Position numbers and translations under genes: made by a program. Under the pieces are notes generated by a model. It ran no database searches. It saw only the letters and a program-made list of their open reading frames with translations, and was not told the origin of the DNA. Below, in pieces: positions 43,864 to 52,241 of a stretch of DNA of 64,000 nucleotides (positions within the stretch are counted from its first letter, which is position 1; the number at the start of each line of letters is the position of its first letter). This DNA is from a virus (lineage: Duplodnaviria > Caudoviricetes): positions 3,083 through 67,082 of the IMG/VR virus record IMGVR_UViG_2918748958_000001; one strand, 5' to 3'.

Positions 43864-44892
43864 TCACGCACTCAAAGAGGCTTGTTCAACTCGCTGAATC
43901 AGCGAGTCGGTTCGCACCAACTTGTAGTCGCCAGACAGTGACATGTCCGGCGCAAGATTGATGGTCTCCACGTCGCAGTCACCGAAATCCTCGGGAGCTC
44001 GCTCGCGTACGAACAGCGATGATTCGCAGTGAGCGTGCGGATCAAGCCCGGTATCGATCAGTGGGAATCCTATTCGCAGCGGCTCTTTGTTCGCGCTCAC
44101 CACCGTTGCGCGCCCCCAGATCATTAACCGCCCAAATGCGGAGGGCTCCGGGCTCATGCTGCCGTTCGGCATCCTACGCTGCCCCGACAGCAGTCGGAAA
44201 TGGTGCTCAGTATTCAGCTCGCATTTCGCCTGTCCCCCGCTCGCCAGCCGAAACTCGGTGTTTGAAACGAGGCAAAGAATCGCAAGTGACACGCGGTCGA
44301 CCTGCCCGTCCCATGCCGCCTCATCAAACAAGATCCCGTGCGCACTCATGACGTCCTTTAGCTCCTTGTGAAAGGCGTCGAGATGAAAGGATGGCCTTGA
44401 ATGGATGAACCCAGTCACGAACTGCAGCGCAGCAAAGAGCTCCTTGCCGCCCTTGTTGTTCTTGAGGGTGCAGGTGTTGGTCTTCTTGTCGACCGCGAAG
44501 CTGCCTTCGATCTTTTTGATGAGCGTGCTGTGACTCATCTTGTAGTCGGCCCGCAAGCGCCCTTCGTCCGACAGCTTGGCTTGTGAAAGGAATAGTCGGT
44601 AGATGTAGCTGGGAAATGGTGCGCTGAGATTCAACGATCGCTTGTCCGAAACGTACTCTTGAAAATACTGAATTGAATCGACGAATGCAGTCAATGATTG
44701 TTGTGCAAGCCCTCTATCGCGTGCGTCCGGATGCGCAACGAAGTGCGCAATCTCAAGAAATACGCTTCTGTCTCCTCCATATGGACGAAGCTTCATGAGC
44801 AGGTTGTCGACATCATTCGCGTCGAAACGACCGGCTTGAATGCGCTCAATGATCGGGTTGAGTTTGGCGAGGTCTTTGAGCGGTAGAGGCAT
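43864..44892 (-). CDS. accessory protein, unknown function
   Basis: 342 aa, lower GC, GGGAG RBS; N-terminal LLMKLR...FLEIAHFVAHPDARDRG. Confidence 0.8.
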   Translation of the reverse strand: MPLPLKDLAKLNPIIERIQAGRFDANDVDNLLMKLRPYGGDRSVFLEIAHFVAHPDARDRGLAQQSLTAFVDSIQYFQEYVSDKRSLNLSAPFPSYIYRLFLSQAKLSDEGRLRADYKMSHSTLIKKIEGSFAVDKKTNTCTLKNNKGGKELFAALQFVTGFIHSRPSFHLDAFHKELKDVMSAHGILFDEAAWDGQVDRVSLAILCLVSNTEFRLASGGQAKCELNTEHHFRLLSGQRRMPNGSMSPEPSAFGRLMIWGRATVVSANKEPLRIGFPLIDTGLDPHAHCESSLFVRERAPEDFGDCDVETINLAPDMSLSGDYKLVRTDSLIQRVEQASLSA

Positions 44893-44958
44893 TCGGTGTT
44901 CTCCCTTTTGGACGCCAACAGTCTATGGCGTTCAAGGACCAGTGAACCGCTATTCAGG

Positions 44959-44989
44959 AAAAAGGCCCGCCAGGGTGATCCTGGCGGGC
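44959..44989 (-). terminator. intrinsic terminator
   Basis: GCCCGCCAGG-5nt-CCTGGCGGGC followed by T5 on the - strand. Confidence 0.8.
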
Positions 44990-45061
44990 GAACGTGCGGC
45001 CGAGGCCGCGCGAGGAGACAACTGGGCTGTGGGAGTGATGTTCCCGCGTCTCGTCGGCACG

Positions 45062-45079
45062 GCGAATCCCTACAGGGGG
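45062..45079 (-). promoter_or_regulatory. late-module motif, copy 5
   Basis: Plus strand GCGAATCCCTACAGGGGG. Confidence 0.6.
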
Positions 45080-45143
45080 CTCATCGCAACGGAGGATCCT
45101 TGTCGATCGCGGTAGCATCATCCGGCTCACGATTGGACGCCCC

Positions 45144-45431
45144 ATGATCTTGACCCTCGACATCCACAAAGAAGTGCCCGGCATTTACACCGCTCGGCTG
45201 CTGAACGGCGGTGCGCTGGTTACTGAACCGCGCGAGTACAACTCAATCGAGGCTGCCATAGCCGGTGAGGCAAGCGATGTACCCGACGGCTTCGCGCACT
45301 TCATGGAGGTTCGCTACTACGGCTTCTCCAGCGGGACCGAAGCTATCGAGGCTGTGGCAGGCAAAGCGCCTGCCATCGCGGATCGACTGGTCGCATTGGT
45401 AGCCGAGGGGCATCGGCTGGGAATTCTGTAG
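45144..45431 (+). CDS. antisense hypothetical protein
   Basis: 95 aa with protein-like composition. Confidence 0.65.
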   Translation: MILTLDIHKEVPGIYTARLLNGGALVTEPREYNSIEAAIAGEASDVPDGFAHFMEVRYYGFSSGTEAIEAVAGKAPAIADRLVALVAEGHRLGIL

Positions 45432-45440
45432 ACCTACCGC

Positions 45441-45965
45441 CTACCCTGCTTGCTGAAAGGCTGCACCATTCGCGGCTACTCGACCTATGGGGCCGAAGAG
45501 CTGAGCCTGGTCAGGATCAATCTTTGCTTCCAGCGAAGATACTTGGCGGCGCAGGCGCTTCACCTCTTCGCTGAGCTCGGCTGCGAGGATCGCCGCGTTC
45601 CTACCTGTCTCGATGGCAGCTGCCTGCGCTGCTGCGCCAGCCATGAGGTTCGCCAGCGCGCGGTCCTCGCGTGGTGTAAGCGTGAGCACTTCGTCACCTA
45701 TCTCGATCTTCACCATGCCATCGGGCATCACGGTCTTCGACATCGGCCGAGCTGGAGGATGGCGGGGCGCCGGCACGTACACCCCGCGCTGCACGCGCAG
45801 GATGGCACCGTCATCGGCCAGGGTGCCCAGGCGGTCGTCGATAACGCTGAGCTTCAGGCCGGTGAGCTCGGCCAGCGTCTCGCGCGTGACGATCTGCTCC
45901 TGGGCGTGCAGGTCTTGCACCGCCTCAAGCACGAGGGCGGTAGTGGATTTGCGGGCATCAGCCAT
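45441..45965 (-). CDS. winged-helix DNA-binding protein, candidate late activator
   Basis: GAGGAG RBS; VTRETLAELTGLKLSVIDDRLGTLADDGAILRVQRGVY is wHTH-like; last early gene before the late region. Confidence 0.75.
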   Translation of the reverse strand: MADARKSTTALVLEAVQDLHAQEQIVTRETLAELTGLKLSVIDDRLGTLADDGAILRVQRGVYVPAPRHPPARPMSKTVMPDGMVKIEIGDEVLTLTPREDRALANLMAGAAAQAAAIETGRNAAILAAELSEEVKRLRRQVSSLEAKIDPDQAQLFGPIGRVAANGAAFQQAG

Positions 45966-46009
45966 TAGTTTGTTCTCCTCGGAATTGAATAGAAGGCGGC
46001 TGGCTCGTG

Positions 46010-46768
46010 TCACCAGGCCGCATAGACCTTCCAGACGGCGACCGCCATGGCCGCGACGCCCAGCCACCAGGGAAGGAGCAGTCCAGTCCCGCTCTTCGAA
46101 AACAGCGTGGTTTCCAACGTGGAAACGAACCACGCTATCGTTCGGCCCAGAAAGGCCAGCTCGAATCCCAACGGCTGTGCCCCATCAAGCGAAGGGTCGT
46201 CCCCATGCGGTGTTCGGACGACAAACTGGACGAAAGCAACTCCCGACTTCCAGACTGGTTGGGGGTAGGTCGTGCTATCCGCGTTTGGCAGAGTGAAGGT
46301 CGCACCCGACACGATGATGCGCACAATCCTTGCGGGATGCCCTGTGTTGTCATGGGCGACCTGGATCTTCTTCACCGCCGCGTGGGCGATCGTACGAAAT
46401 GCCGTGCCCATGACCGGCATCGGTGTGTTTTCGCCGAAGCGGACGAACATCGCAGTTTCGAACCGAATCCACCGCCGTAGCGCGCGGCTGGAGCAGGCGA
46501 CCTTGTCCGAGGCATAGTCGGCGATTGCCTTCTTGCTGGCCTCAGAGAACCAGAACCGAAGGGCGAAATAGATCAACGCGGTCGCGGCCGCAAACCAAAC
46601 CCTCCATTCGAAGGTCTTGCCCTGAGGGGCGAAGCCTAAAAACTTGGTGCTCATCTGATCGAATGGCACGCCCAGCCACCAAGCAAGGATCACCAACGTG
46701 CTGGCGACCAGAAAGTTTCTCCGGGCCCTCGAATCTTCGTCATCCATTGCAGCACTCTCTTCAGCCAT
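46010..46768 (-). CDS. accessory membrane protein
   Basis: GAGGAGG RBS; ARRNFLVASTLVILAWWLG plus further TM segments. Confidence 0.75.
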   Translation of the reverse strand: MAEESAAMDDEDSRARRNFLVASTLVILAWWLGVPFDQMSTKFLGFAPQGKTFEWRVWFAAATALIYFALRFWFSEASKKAIADYASDKVACSSRALRRWIRFETAMFVRFGENTPMPVMGTAFRTIAHAAVKKIQVAHDNTGHPARIVRIIVSGATFTLPNADSTTYPQPVWKSGVAFVQFVVRTPHGDDPSLDGAQPLGFELAFLGRTIAWFVSTLETTLFSKSGTGLLLPWWLGVAAMAVAVWKVYAAW

Positions 46769-46793
46769 GTTGTCCTCCTCGAATCGAGTCGCT

Positions 46794-47339
46794 TTATACG
46801 TTAGGTAGCACACGCGCGAGAGCCCATTCAGCGGCGCGACGCTCGCGTGGTGTAGCCGGCTGTACACCGGCCACGATGTCTTGCCAGATGGCGACCATCC
46901 GGCGGTGAGCGGCGGCGAACCGCTCGATCTTCTCGGCGGCCGGGGCCGGGCCCTGGTCGAGCCAGGTGTGGCATGCGGAGCACCCGTAGACGGAGTACTG
47001 GTCGTCCGCTTTACGCGCGCCGGCCTTGCCGTGCACCGACTGGTTGCTGTGGCAGGCCACCGTGGTGGCCGGGTCCGGGTGGCACACACCGGGCACCTGC
47101 AGCAGGCAGCGCTGGCCGCGCGCCATTGCCAGCAGCGCAGGGTTGCGCTGCGGCTCGGTCTTGGGCACAGCGCCGCGGAAGTCTGCATCGTTAATTGCCA
47201 CCATGCGCACGATGCGGCCGGACACGGACTGCATGCGGACCAGCACGGTGACGCTCGGCCGTCTGGCGAGATCAACCCCGATCAACTTCGGGGGCCGCCG
47301 CTTGAAGGCGGTCCGTTTGAGCGGCGAACTGCGCTTCAT
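46794..47339 (-). CDS. DUF1364/YbcO-like Zn-nuclease-fold protein
   Basis: ARGQRCLLQVPGVC..TTVACHSN..GKAGARKADD..GCSACHTWLD. Confidence 0.8.
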   Translation of the reverse strand: MKRSSPLKRTAFKRRPPKLIGVDLARRPSVTVLVRMQSVSGRIVRMVAINDADFRGAVPKTEPQRNPALLAMARGQRCLLQVPGVCHPDPATTVACHSNQSVHGKAGARKADDQYSVYGCSACHTWLDQGPAPAAEKIERFAAAHRRMVAIWQDIVAGVQPATPRERRAAEWALARVLPNV

Positions 47340-47836
47340 GGCGAAATCGCTCCGATGATTTCGCCCGTGTCCGGGTCTATCTGCATGCGCTCCCACTGCT
47401 CGAAGCTCGCGGGAAAGGTAACGCCGAGCTCGGTCGCGGCGAAGGCGCTCACGCGATCGATGAGTTGGCTGTAGCCCTTCACGCCCAGGTCTTCGCTGCT
47501 CACGCGCTCGCGGCGGCGGACCTTCTTGCCCGTCAGGGGATTCTTGGTGGTGACGGTCTTGTGGCCGAGGTACTCGGCGCGGAAGTGCTCTTTCCAGACC
47601 TTTAGCGGGAACTGCACTCCGTGCGGCCGCGCCTGCGCGGCGATCGTCTTCAGCACCACGCCGTGGTAGTACTTCCGCTGCCGGTCGGTCTTTGCGTCAT
47701 CGTGCAGGCGGATCTCGAGCTCAAGGCGCCGGCCCGCGGCCCATTGCTCCTTGCACCAGGGCGCGACACGCTCCAGGAAGCTGGAACGGGCCCGCTCCTG
47801 GTCGGGCCAAGCAACAGTGAGGGCAAGGTCGGTCAT
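47336..47836 (-). CDS. ninB: NinB-like recombination protein
   Basis: KTDRQRKYYHG, WKEHFR and SSEDLGVKGYSQLIDRV..FAA..LGVTF. Confidence 0.75.
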   Translation of the reverse strand: MTDLALTVAWPDQERARSSFLERVAPWCKEQWAAGRRLELEIRLHDDAKTDRQRKYYHGVVLKTIAAQARPHGVQFPLKVWKEHFRAEYLGHKTVTTKNPLTGKKVRRRERVSSEDLGVKGYSQLIDRVSAFAATELGVTFPASFEQWERMQIDPDTGEIIGAISP

Positions 47837-48261
47837 CGAGCGGTTCTCCGGTAGGGCCAAGCCACCATGGCGGCGTCGCGTTCGTGTTGGTTGCTACGCT
47901 CGGCCCAGCGGGTCACGAGCGCGAAAGCTGCGGCATCCAGCTTGGCGCCCTTGGCAGTAGGGCTGATGCCGTGAGCGGGAATGCCGAGGTCGGCGCAGAT
48001 GGACGTTATGAGGGAGCACCAGGCGTCGATCTGCCCAACGTTGCGAGCAATCTTCAGCGCGGCCGCGCGGCTGCCGGCGGTTGTCCACACCTTGGATTCG
48101 AGCCGGCTGTCCTCGAACACGACGCGCGCCGGTGCGTGGTGGCGCAGGAAGTGCTCGATGGAGTGCGGCTCAATGGTGCGCAACCAGGTCAGCACGCCGT
48201 CTTCGTAGCAAGCCAGGCCGGTGCTGGCCCCAGGGTCGATGCCGAGGATGTGGACCGTCAT
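47833..48261 (-). CDS. RuvC-like (RNase H fold) resolvase
   Basis: ILGIDPGASTG, VVFED and HERDAAMVA. Confidence 0.7.
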   Translation of the reverse strand: MTVHILGIDPGASTGLACYEDGVLTWLRTIEPHSIEHFLRHHAPARVVFEDSRLESKVWTTAGSRAAALKIARNVGQIDAWCSLITSICADLGIPAHGISPTAKGAKLDAAAFALVTRWAERSNQHERDAAMVAWPYRRTAR

Positions 48262-48530
48262 AGCAAGGCCCCCTGCAGCGAGCTACGCAGCGCGTCCATG
48301 CGCGCGGCCGCGGACTTGACCGCGTCGTGGCCGGCCTTCCAGTCCTCGCCCCATATGGTCCGAAGCGCGGTCTTGTACTCGTCGCGCAGCGTGCCATCCT
48401 TGCGCGAGCGCCAGTACTCCGGCCCGTTGGCAATGCCGCGCGCGAGGCATTCGCGGCAGTTGGCCGTGTAGCCTGGCCAGTCCGCGCGGATCGCGGCCTT
48501 GTCGCAGTTCGGGCAGTTCAATCGGACCAT
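48258..48530 (-). CDS. small CxxC protein
   Basis: CPNC...CREC; coupled to both neighbours. Confidence 0.6.
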   Translation of the reverse strand: MVRLNCPNCDKAAIRADWPGYTANCRECLARGIANGPEYWRSRKDGTLRDEYKTALRTIWGEDWKAGHDAVKSAAARMDALRSSLQGALL

Positions 48531-49057
48531 CAGCGGAGCCCTCCCAGCATGTCTGCAGTGACGTCGCGCCGGAAGCGCCCGCGCCGGATGCCCGAAGTAG
48601 TCCCTTGGCCCAGCCCCCAGCGCCTATCGAGGGTGATCGCGGGCTCGTCGCTCGCGCGTATCTCGCGAACCATTTCCTCTGTGATCCGCGAGGCTGCGCG
48701 CTTCGTCGCGGCCATGCGGCGTGCGGACAGCAACGACTTCTTCACGCCCTTCATCGCTGCCGAGCGAGTGCGCAGCACAAGGTGATCGGGATGCACGCAC
48801 AGCTCGCATTGGCACTTCACACCGACCTGGCGATTTGCCGGGATGAAGCCATGAAGCAGCACCCACAACACGCGGCGCACGTTGTAGACGCGCCCGCCCC
48901 GGCCGCCAAGCCGAACCTGTGGGAACTGGCCGCCGTTGGCGTGCCCCGTCCATTCGAGGCAATCGCCGACGGGCTCGGTATGTTTGAGGAGCCGTGCGAG
49001 GGTGAACTGCCCGAACAGCTCGACCTCGGCGTCCCACGGATTGATTGACGGAATCAT
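48530..49057 (-). CDS. degenerate HNH-like protein
   Basis: CLEWTG..RRVLWVLLHGFIP..CELCVHPDHL; the usual first His is replaced. Confidence 0.65.
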   Translation of the reverse strand: MIPSINPWDAEVELFGQFTLARLLKHTEPVGDCLEWTGHANGGQFPQVRLGGRGGRVYNVRRVLWVLLHGFIPANRQVGVKCQCELCVHPDHLVLRTRSAAMKGVKKSLLSARRMAATKRAASRITEEMVREIRASDEPAITLDRRWGLGQGTTSGIRRGRFRRDVTADMLGGLR

Positions 49058-49290
49058 GCGTGCTCCGGGTTCTGCTCGAACGCCAGATCATTGGCAGGCT
49101 GCAACGCGGCGAGGTGCTCGGCGCACACTTCGAGGCGCGCAAGCTCCACCGCGCGGTAGGCTCGGATCCCCCCGACGGCAACTGCGTCCAGCTCGCCTCG
49201 TTGGCGGAGGAATCGTTCCATGCAGGCAATCTCGTGAAGGTTGCGTTGCGCGGACACGGCAATGCGGGTGATGGCGACAGCATTGGTCAT
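49054..49290 (-). CDS. hypothetical protein
   Basis: 78 aa; ATGA-type overlaps on both sides. Confidence 0.55.
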   Translation of the reverse strand: MTNAVAITRIAVSAQRNLHEIACMERFLRQRGELDAVAVGGIRAYRAVELARLEVCAEHLAALQPANDLAFEQNPEHA

Positions 49291-50261
49291 GCGGGTACTC
49301 CTTGTCGATGCTCCACCGCGCGGCGGACCCGCTCGGTGTATTGCGGGAACGTCTCGCGGTCGACGCGCAAGTCGTGCTCATCCCATCGGCCCAGGCCGAG
49401 CTCAACGCCCTTGGCTTCGATGGTTGTGCGGTCCTGGTCCCACGGCTTCTCGGGCATGCCGACGCCCGAGGCGATAGCTGCTGCCTCGCCGAGCTGGCGC
49501 TTCACGATGCCGAGCAGGTAAGCGAAGCCCTTGGGAGGGTTGGACTTAGCGCAGATGTCGGCCGCAGCCTCGAAAATCTCGACGGATACGCCCTTGGCGA
49601 TGAGGGCGAGAAGCTCCGGGCTCGAAGGGTTCACATCAGCGACCTTCTTCGCCTTGATTGCCCGGCACACCTCCCCCGCTTTCGTCGGGCTTTGCCCGCC
49701 CACCCCCACCACGTCGGCCGTAGTTCGGGCGGGGTGGTGGTTTTCTTCTTTACTGGTACTGGTTCCGGTTCTGGTTCCGGTGTCGTCTCTCCCAGTGTCA
49801 TTCCGGGCGTCGTCCTGCTGGTGTCCGGCAGTTGTCCCATGGGACAACTCCGGATCACCTGCGGTGTCCGCTCTGCGTTCCGCCTCCTTCCGCTGACGGT
49901 ACTCCGCCTTCCGGCGGCGCTCCGCCTCGCGGGCGGCCAGCATTTCCAAGACGCGCTTCGTCACCGTGTCGTGGTACAGACGGCCGTCCTCGGCCTCCCA
50001 CCAGCCGCGCATGAGCTTGGAGCGCACCTTGGCGAAGGTCTTCATCGGCATGCCGATGCGCACTGCGATTAGCTCGTCTTCGTTCGGCAGTGAGCCGCAG
50101 GGCTCCTGACGCCAGGCCGTGACCCAGAGCATCAGCAACCATGGCTTCACGTCGGAAGGCGCCAGCGCCCACGTGTCCGACTGCTCGATGCGCTCGTGGT
50201 CGAGCTCAAAACGCCAACCCTTCGCGCGGGTGTCTGCGGGATATGGGACAGGTCGCGTCAC
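49287..50261 (-). CDS. replication initiator (YdaU/DUF1376-like)
   Basis: LLMLWVTAWRQEPCGSLPNEDELIA...GWWEAEDGRLYH; central low-complexity linker with repeats; position after the cII-like gene. Confidence 0.8.
   Translation of the reverse strand: MTRPVPYPADTRAKGWRFELDHERIEQSDTWALAPSDVKPWLLMLWVTAWRQEPCGSLPNEDELIAVRIGMPMKTFAKVRSKLMRGWWEAEDGRLYHDTVTKRVLEMLAAREAERRRKAEYRQRKEAERRADTAGDPELSHGTTAGHQQDDARNDTGRDDTGTRTGTSTSKEENHHPARTTADVVGVGGQSPTKAGEVCRAIKAKKVADVNPSSPELLALIAKGVSVEIFEAAADICAKSNPPKGFAYLLGIVKRQLGEAAAIASGVGMPEKPWDQDRTTIEAKGVELGLGRWDEHDLRVDRETFPQYTERVRRAVEHRQGVPA
49752..49849. repeat. candidate replication origin
   Basis: Five (A/T)C(T/C)GGT hexamers at 49752-49781 and a perfect 20-bp palindrome AGTTGTCCCATGGGACAACT at 49830-49849, inside the initiator gene. 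Confidence 0.55.
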
Positions 50262-50262
50262 G

Positions 50263-50652
50263 TCAGGCCGCTGCCTCCGAAGTTGGATCGTTGGCCGCTG
50301 CGGCGCGATGGCGTCCGACTGCCTTGGTGATGCGGAACTCGAAGAGCTCCGAGTGGGCGGGGTTCATCAGTGCGAACAGGCGCGCTAGGTATGGCGTGTG
50401 CCAGTCGTTGAGCTTCCAGGGGCCCGAGCGCTCGGCCAGTGCCGAGTTATGGCGTAGCACCTCGATGACGGTGCGGGCGCTGTAGTGCTCGTAGCCGCAG
50501 CGCACCACGCGCATCGTCTCGCGCTCGAACGCTTCGTAGACGTGCAGGTTCTCCGGCAGGTAGGCCAGGAATTCCGGCGTGAAGCGGTCGGCGTGCTGAT
50601 GCGCCACCTGCAGCGGGCGCTTGGCGAAATGGTCTTGAGCAGCACCGGTCAT
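50263..50652 (-). CDS. phage hypothetical protein
   Basis: 129 aa (YSARTVIEVLRH..WKLNDWHTPYLARLF). Confidence 0.7.
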   Translation of the reverse strand: MTGAAQDHFAKRPLQVAHQHADRFTPEFLAYLPENLHVYEAFERETMRVVRCGYEHYSARTVIEVLRHNSALAERSGPWKLNDWHTPYLARLFALMNPAHSELFEFRITKAVGRHRAAAANDPTSEAAA

Positions 50653-50966
50653 CAGACGCGCCCTCCCCGCTCCGCAAATTCGGGGCCCTCAAAAGGCCCT
50701 GCCAATTTGCGAAGCGCGCCGATACGCTCCTCGTCATGAATCAGCTTTTCAGCCGCCATCGCCCGCCATGTCTTGCCGTAGCAGGTCAGGTACACGAAGT
50801 CGCGCAGCAGCGTGGAAGGATCCGTACCGCTCAAAGCGCAGTGCTGCCGGAATACCTTGTCAGTCGACTCGTCAACCTTGGTCTTCAGGTCTTCGGTCAG
50901 CTTGCCGAGCGGCCCGGCGATGCCGCGGGCGAAGGCCGGCTCTTGGTCTTGGTCGATGGTGGACAT
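50652..50966 (-). CDS. CII-position small regulator (ribbon-helix-helix-like)
   Basis: EDLKTKVD..FRQHCALSGTDPSTLLRDFV; lies between cro and the initiator. Confidence 0.6.
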   Translation of the reverse strand: MSTIDQDQEPAFARGIAGPLGKLTEDLKTKVDESTDKVFRQHCALSGTDPSTLLRDFVYLTCYGKTWRAMAAEKLIHDEERIGALRKLAGPFEGPEFAERGGRV

Positions 50967-51271
50967 CTGGAATTGCAGGTTGGGGTGAAGTGGTCAGCCG
51001 ACCGGCTGGAGGTCGGCCGCGCGGGCGGCGAACACGTCGCGGAAGACGGTGTGTCGCCAAGCGCCCTCCGGGTAGGGGTTGGCCAGGGCGAGCTCTTCGC
51101 CCCGCTCGGCCGCATGCGCAGCGAGGTCGGCAACTCCGCGTGGTCGAGCGCGAACAGAGACTTGATCTGCATCAGCAGGCCTTCGAAGGAATGACGTGCT
51201 GACCGGGCGCCCGCGCCCTCGCGGGGTAGAGTCCGAGTTCCTCAACACGGACCCCGCGAGGGGCAGACAAA

Positions 51272-51448
51272 ATGGAATCGTTCGACGCATCGGCAAAAGC
51301 CGACAACCTCATCGTGGCGCTCATTTCGAGTCAACCGAACTTCTGGCCGAGCGGGACGCTGATAAGCGAGGCAAACGCGCGAGATGCCGCGAGGTACTTG
51401 GCAGCGTTTCGATCGACGCTGGCCGAGGAGCTGCAGAAGCAGGACTAA
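51272..51448 (+). CDS. 58-aa antisense small protein
   Basis: Below the track cutoff; GAGGGG RBS; MESFDASAKADNLIVALISSQPNFWPSGTLISEANARDAARYLAAFRSTLAEELQKQD. Confidence 0.55.
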   Translation: MESFDASAKADNLIVALISSQPNFWPSGTLISEANARDAARYLAAFRSTLAEELQKQD

Positions 51449-51569
51449 GACAAGCGCGATATACCTGCGCCACGTTCTCGCCGAACTTCTTCGGGTCGCA
51501 GCCTGGCGAGGCATTTACGCGCGCCCACTCAGCAGCAGCCATCTGGCTAAGTTGTTCAAGGTTTTCCAT
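51321..51569 (-). CDS. hypothetical protein
   Basis: Protein-like N-terminus MENLEQLSQMAAAEW..KFGENVAQVY; the tail overlaps the antisense gene. Confidence 0.4.
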   Translation of the reverse strand: MENLEQLSQMAAAEWARVNASPGCDPKKFGENVAQVYRACLSPASAAPRPASIETLPSTSRHLARLPRLSASRSARSSVDSK

Positions 51570-51572
51570 CGC

Positions 51573-51872
51573 CTATTCCTGGCAGGCTTCCGCTCCACCC
51601 GATACGGGCGACGGCTGGTTGGAGGTCTTGTGGATTGCGGACTCGCGCTCAGGCGGCTCGCGGTATCCGGCCGCGCGCGCAATGGCCGCAGCAGTCGGTC
51701 CGCGCGCATCGAAGCTGCCGGTTATCGCAGCGATGCTGTTGGCCCACATCGCAGTAACGAACTTGGCCGTCTCGACCGTGATTGCCATGGAGACGGCGGC
51801 CCGGACCGCATGCCGGCGCCGCGCCCGAATGAGCGCCGGCGTGCGCGACCCCTTCTTCTGGGTGTTGCGCAT
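51573..51872 (-). CDS. hypothetical protein
   Basis: GGAGG RBS; directly follows cro. Confidence 0.5.
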   Translation of the reverse strand: MRNTQKKGSRTPALIRARRRHAVRAAVSMAITVETAKFVTAMWANSIAAITGSFDARGPTAAAIARAAGYREPPERESAIHKTSNQPSPVSGGAEACQE

Positions 51873-51873
51873 G

Positions 51874-52155
51874 TTAGGCGGCCTCCTTCGCTTCGGCGAC
51901 GAAATCCAGCACCGGTCGCCCTTTCAGGTGCGGCCAGGCCTCATCAGCAATGCGACGCCAGGGCTCGCTAGGGTTCAGCGCTTCGCAGGTCACTGCGCCG
52001 TTAGTAGCTCGCTCGATTGCGGGGCAGTGCTCAGCCGGCACCGGTCGAGCGCCAGATGCCCACTGAGAGATCAAAACTGGCAAGACGCCGATCTCCCTGC
52101 TCAATCGAGAAGCCGCGCCTCGACCGGCGCTGGATAGGTAAGTTCGGAGGTCCAT
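51874..52155 (-). CDS. cro: Cro-like repressor (YdaS family)
   Basis: ISQWASGARPVPAEHCPAIERATNGAVTCEALNP; divergent from cI. Confidence 0.9.
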   Translation of the reverse strand: MDLRTYLSSAGRGAASRLSREIGVLPVLISQWASGARPVPAEHCPAIERATNGAVTCEALNPSEPWRRIADEAWPHLKGRPVLDFVAEAKEAA

Positions 52156-52162
52156 GAGCCTG

Positions 52163-52191
52163 ACTTTAGCGTTACGCAAAATCTACGTCAA
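52163..52191 (-). promoter_or_regulatory. pR promoter
   Basis: TTGACG-N17-TAAAGT on the - strand, upstream of cro. Confidence 0.75.
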
Positions 52192-52229
52192 TAGCGAAAC
52201 GCGCATATACGCATTTCGCGTTTTGCTAT
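52166..52229. promoter_or_regulatory. OR operators (3 sites)
   Basis: GCG-WWW-CGC cores at 52169, 52194 and 52218 (the last has one mismatch), spaced 24-25 nt. Confidence 0.75.
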
Positions 52230-52241
52230 CGAATCCACGCG

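Noticed and set aside
44959-45140. tRNA gene at the lambdoid post-Q position
   Set aside because: Hairpins are present, but no T-loop, D-loop or cloverleaf.
48530-49057. Active HNH homing endonuclease
   Set aside because: The His expected before the Cys cluster is replaced (VGVKCQCELC); more likely a degenerate core early gene.
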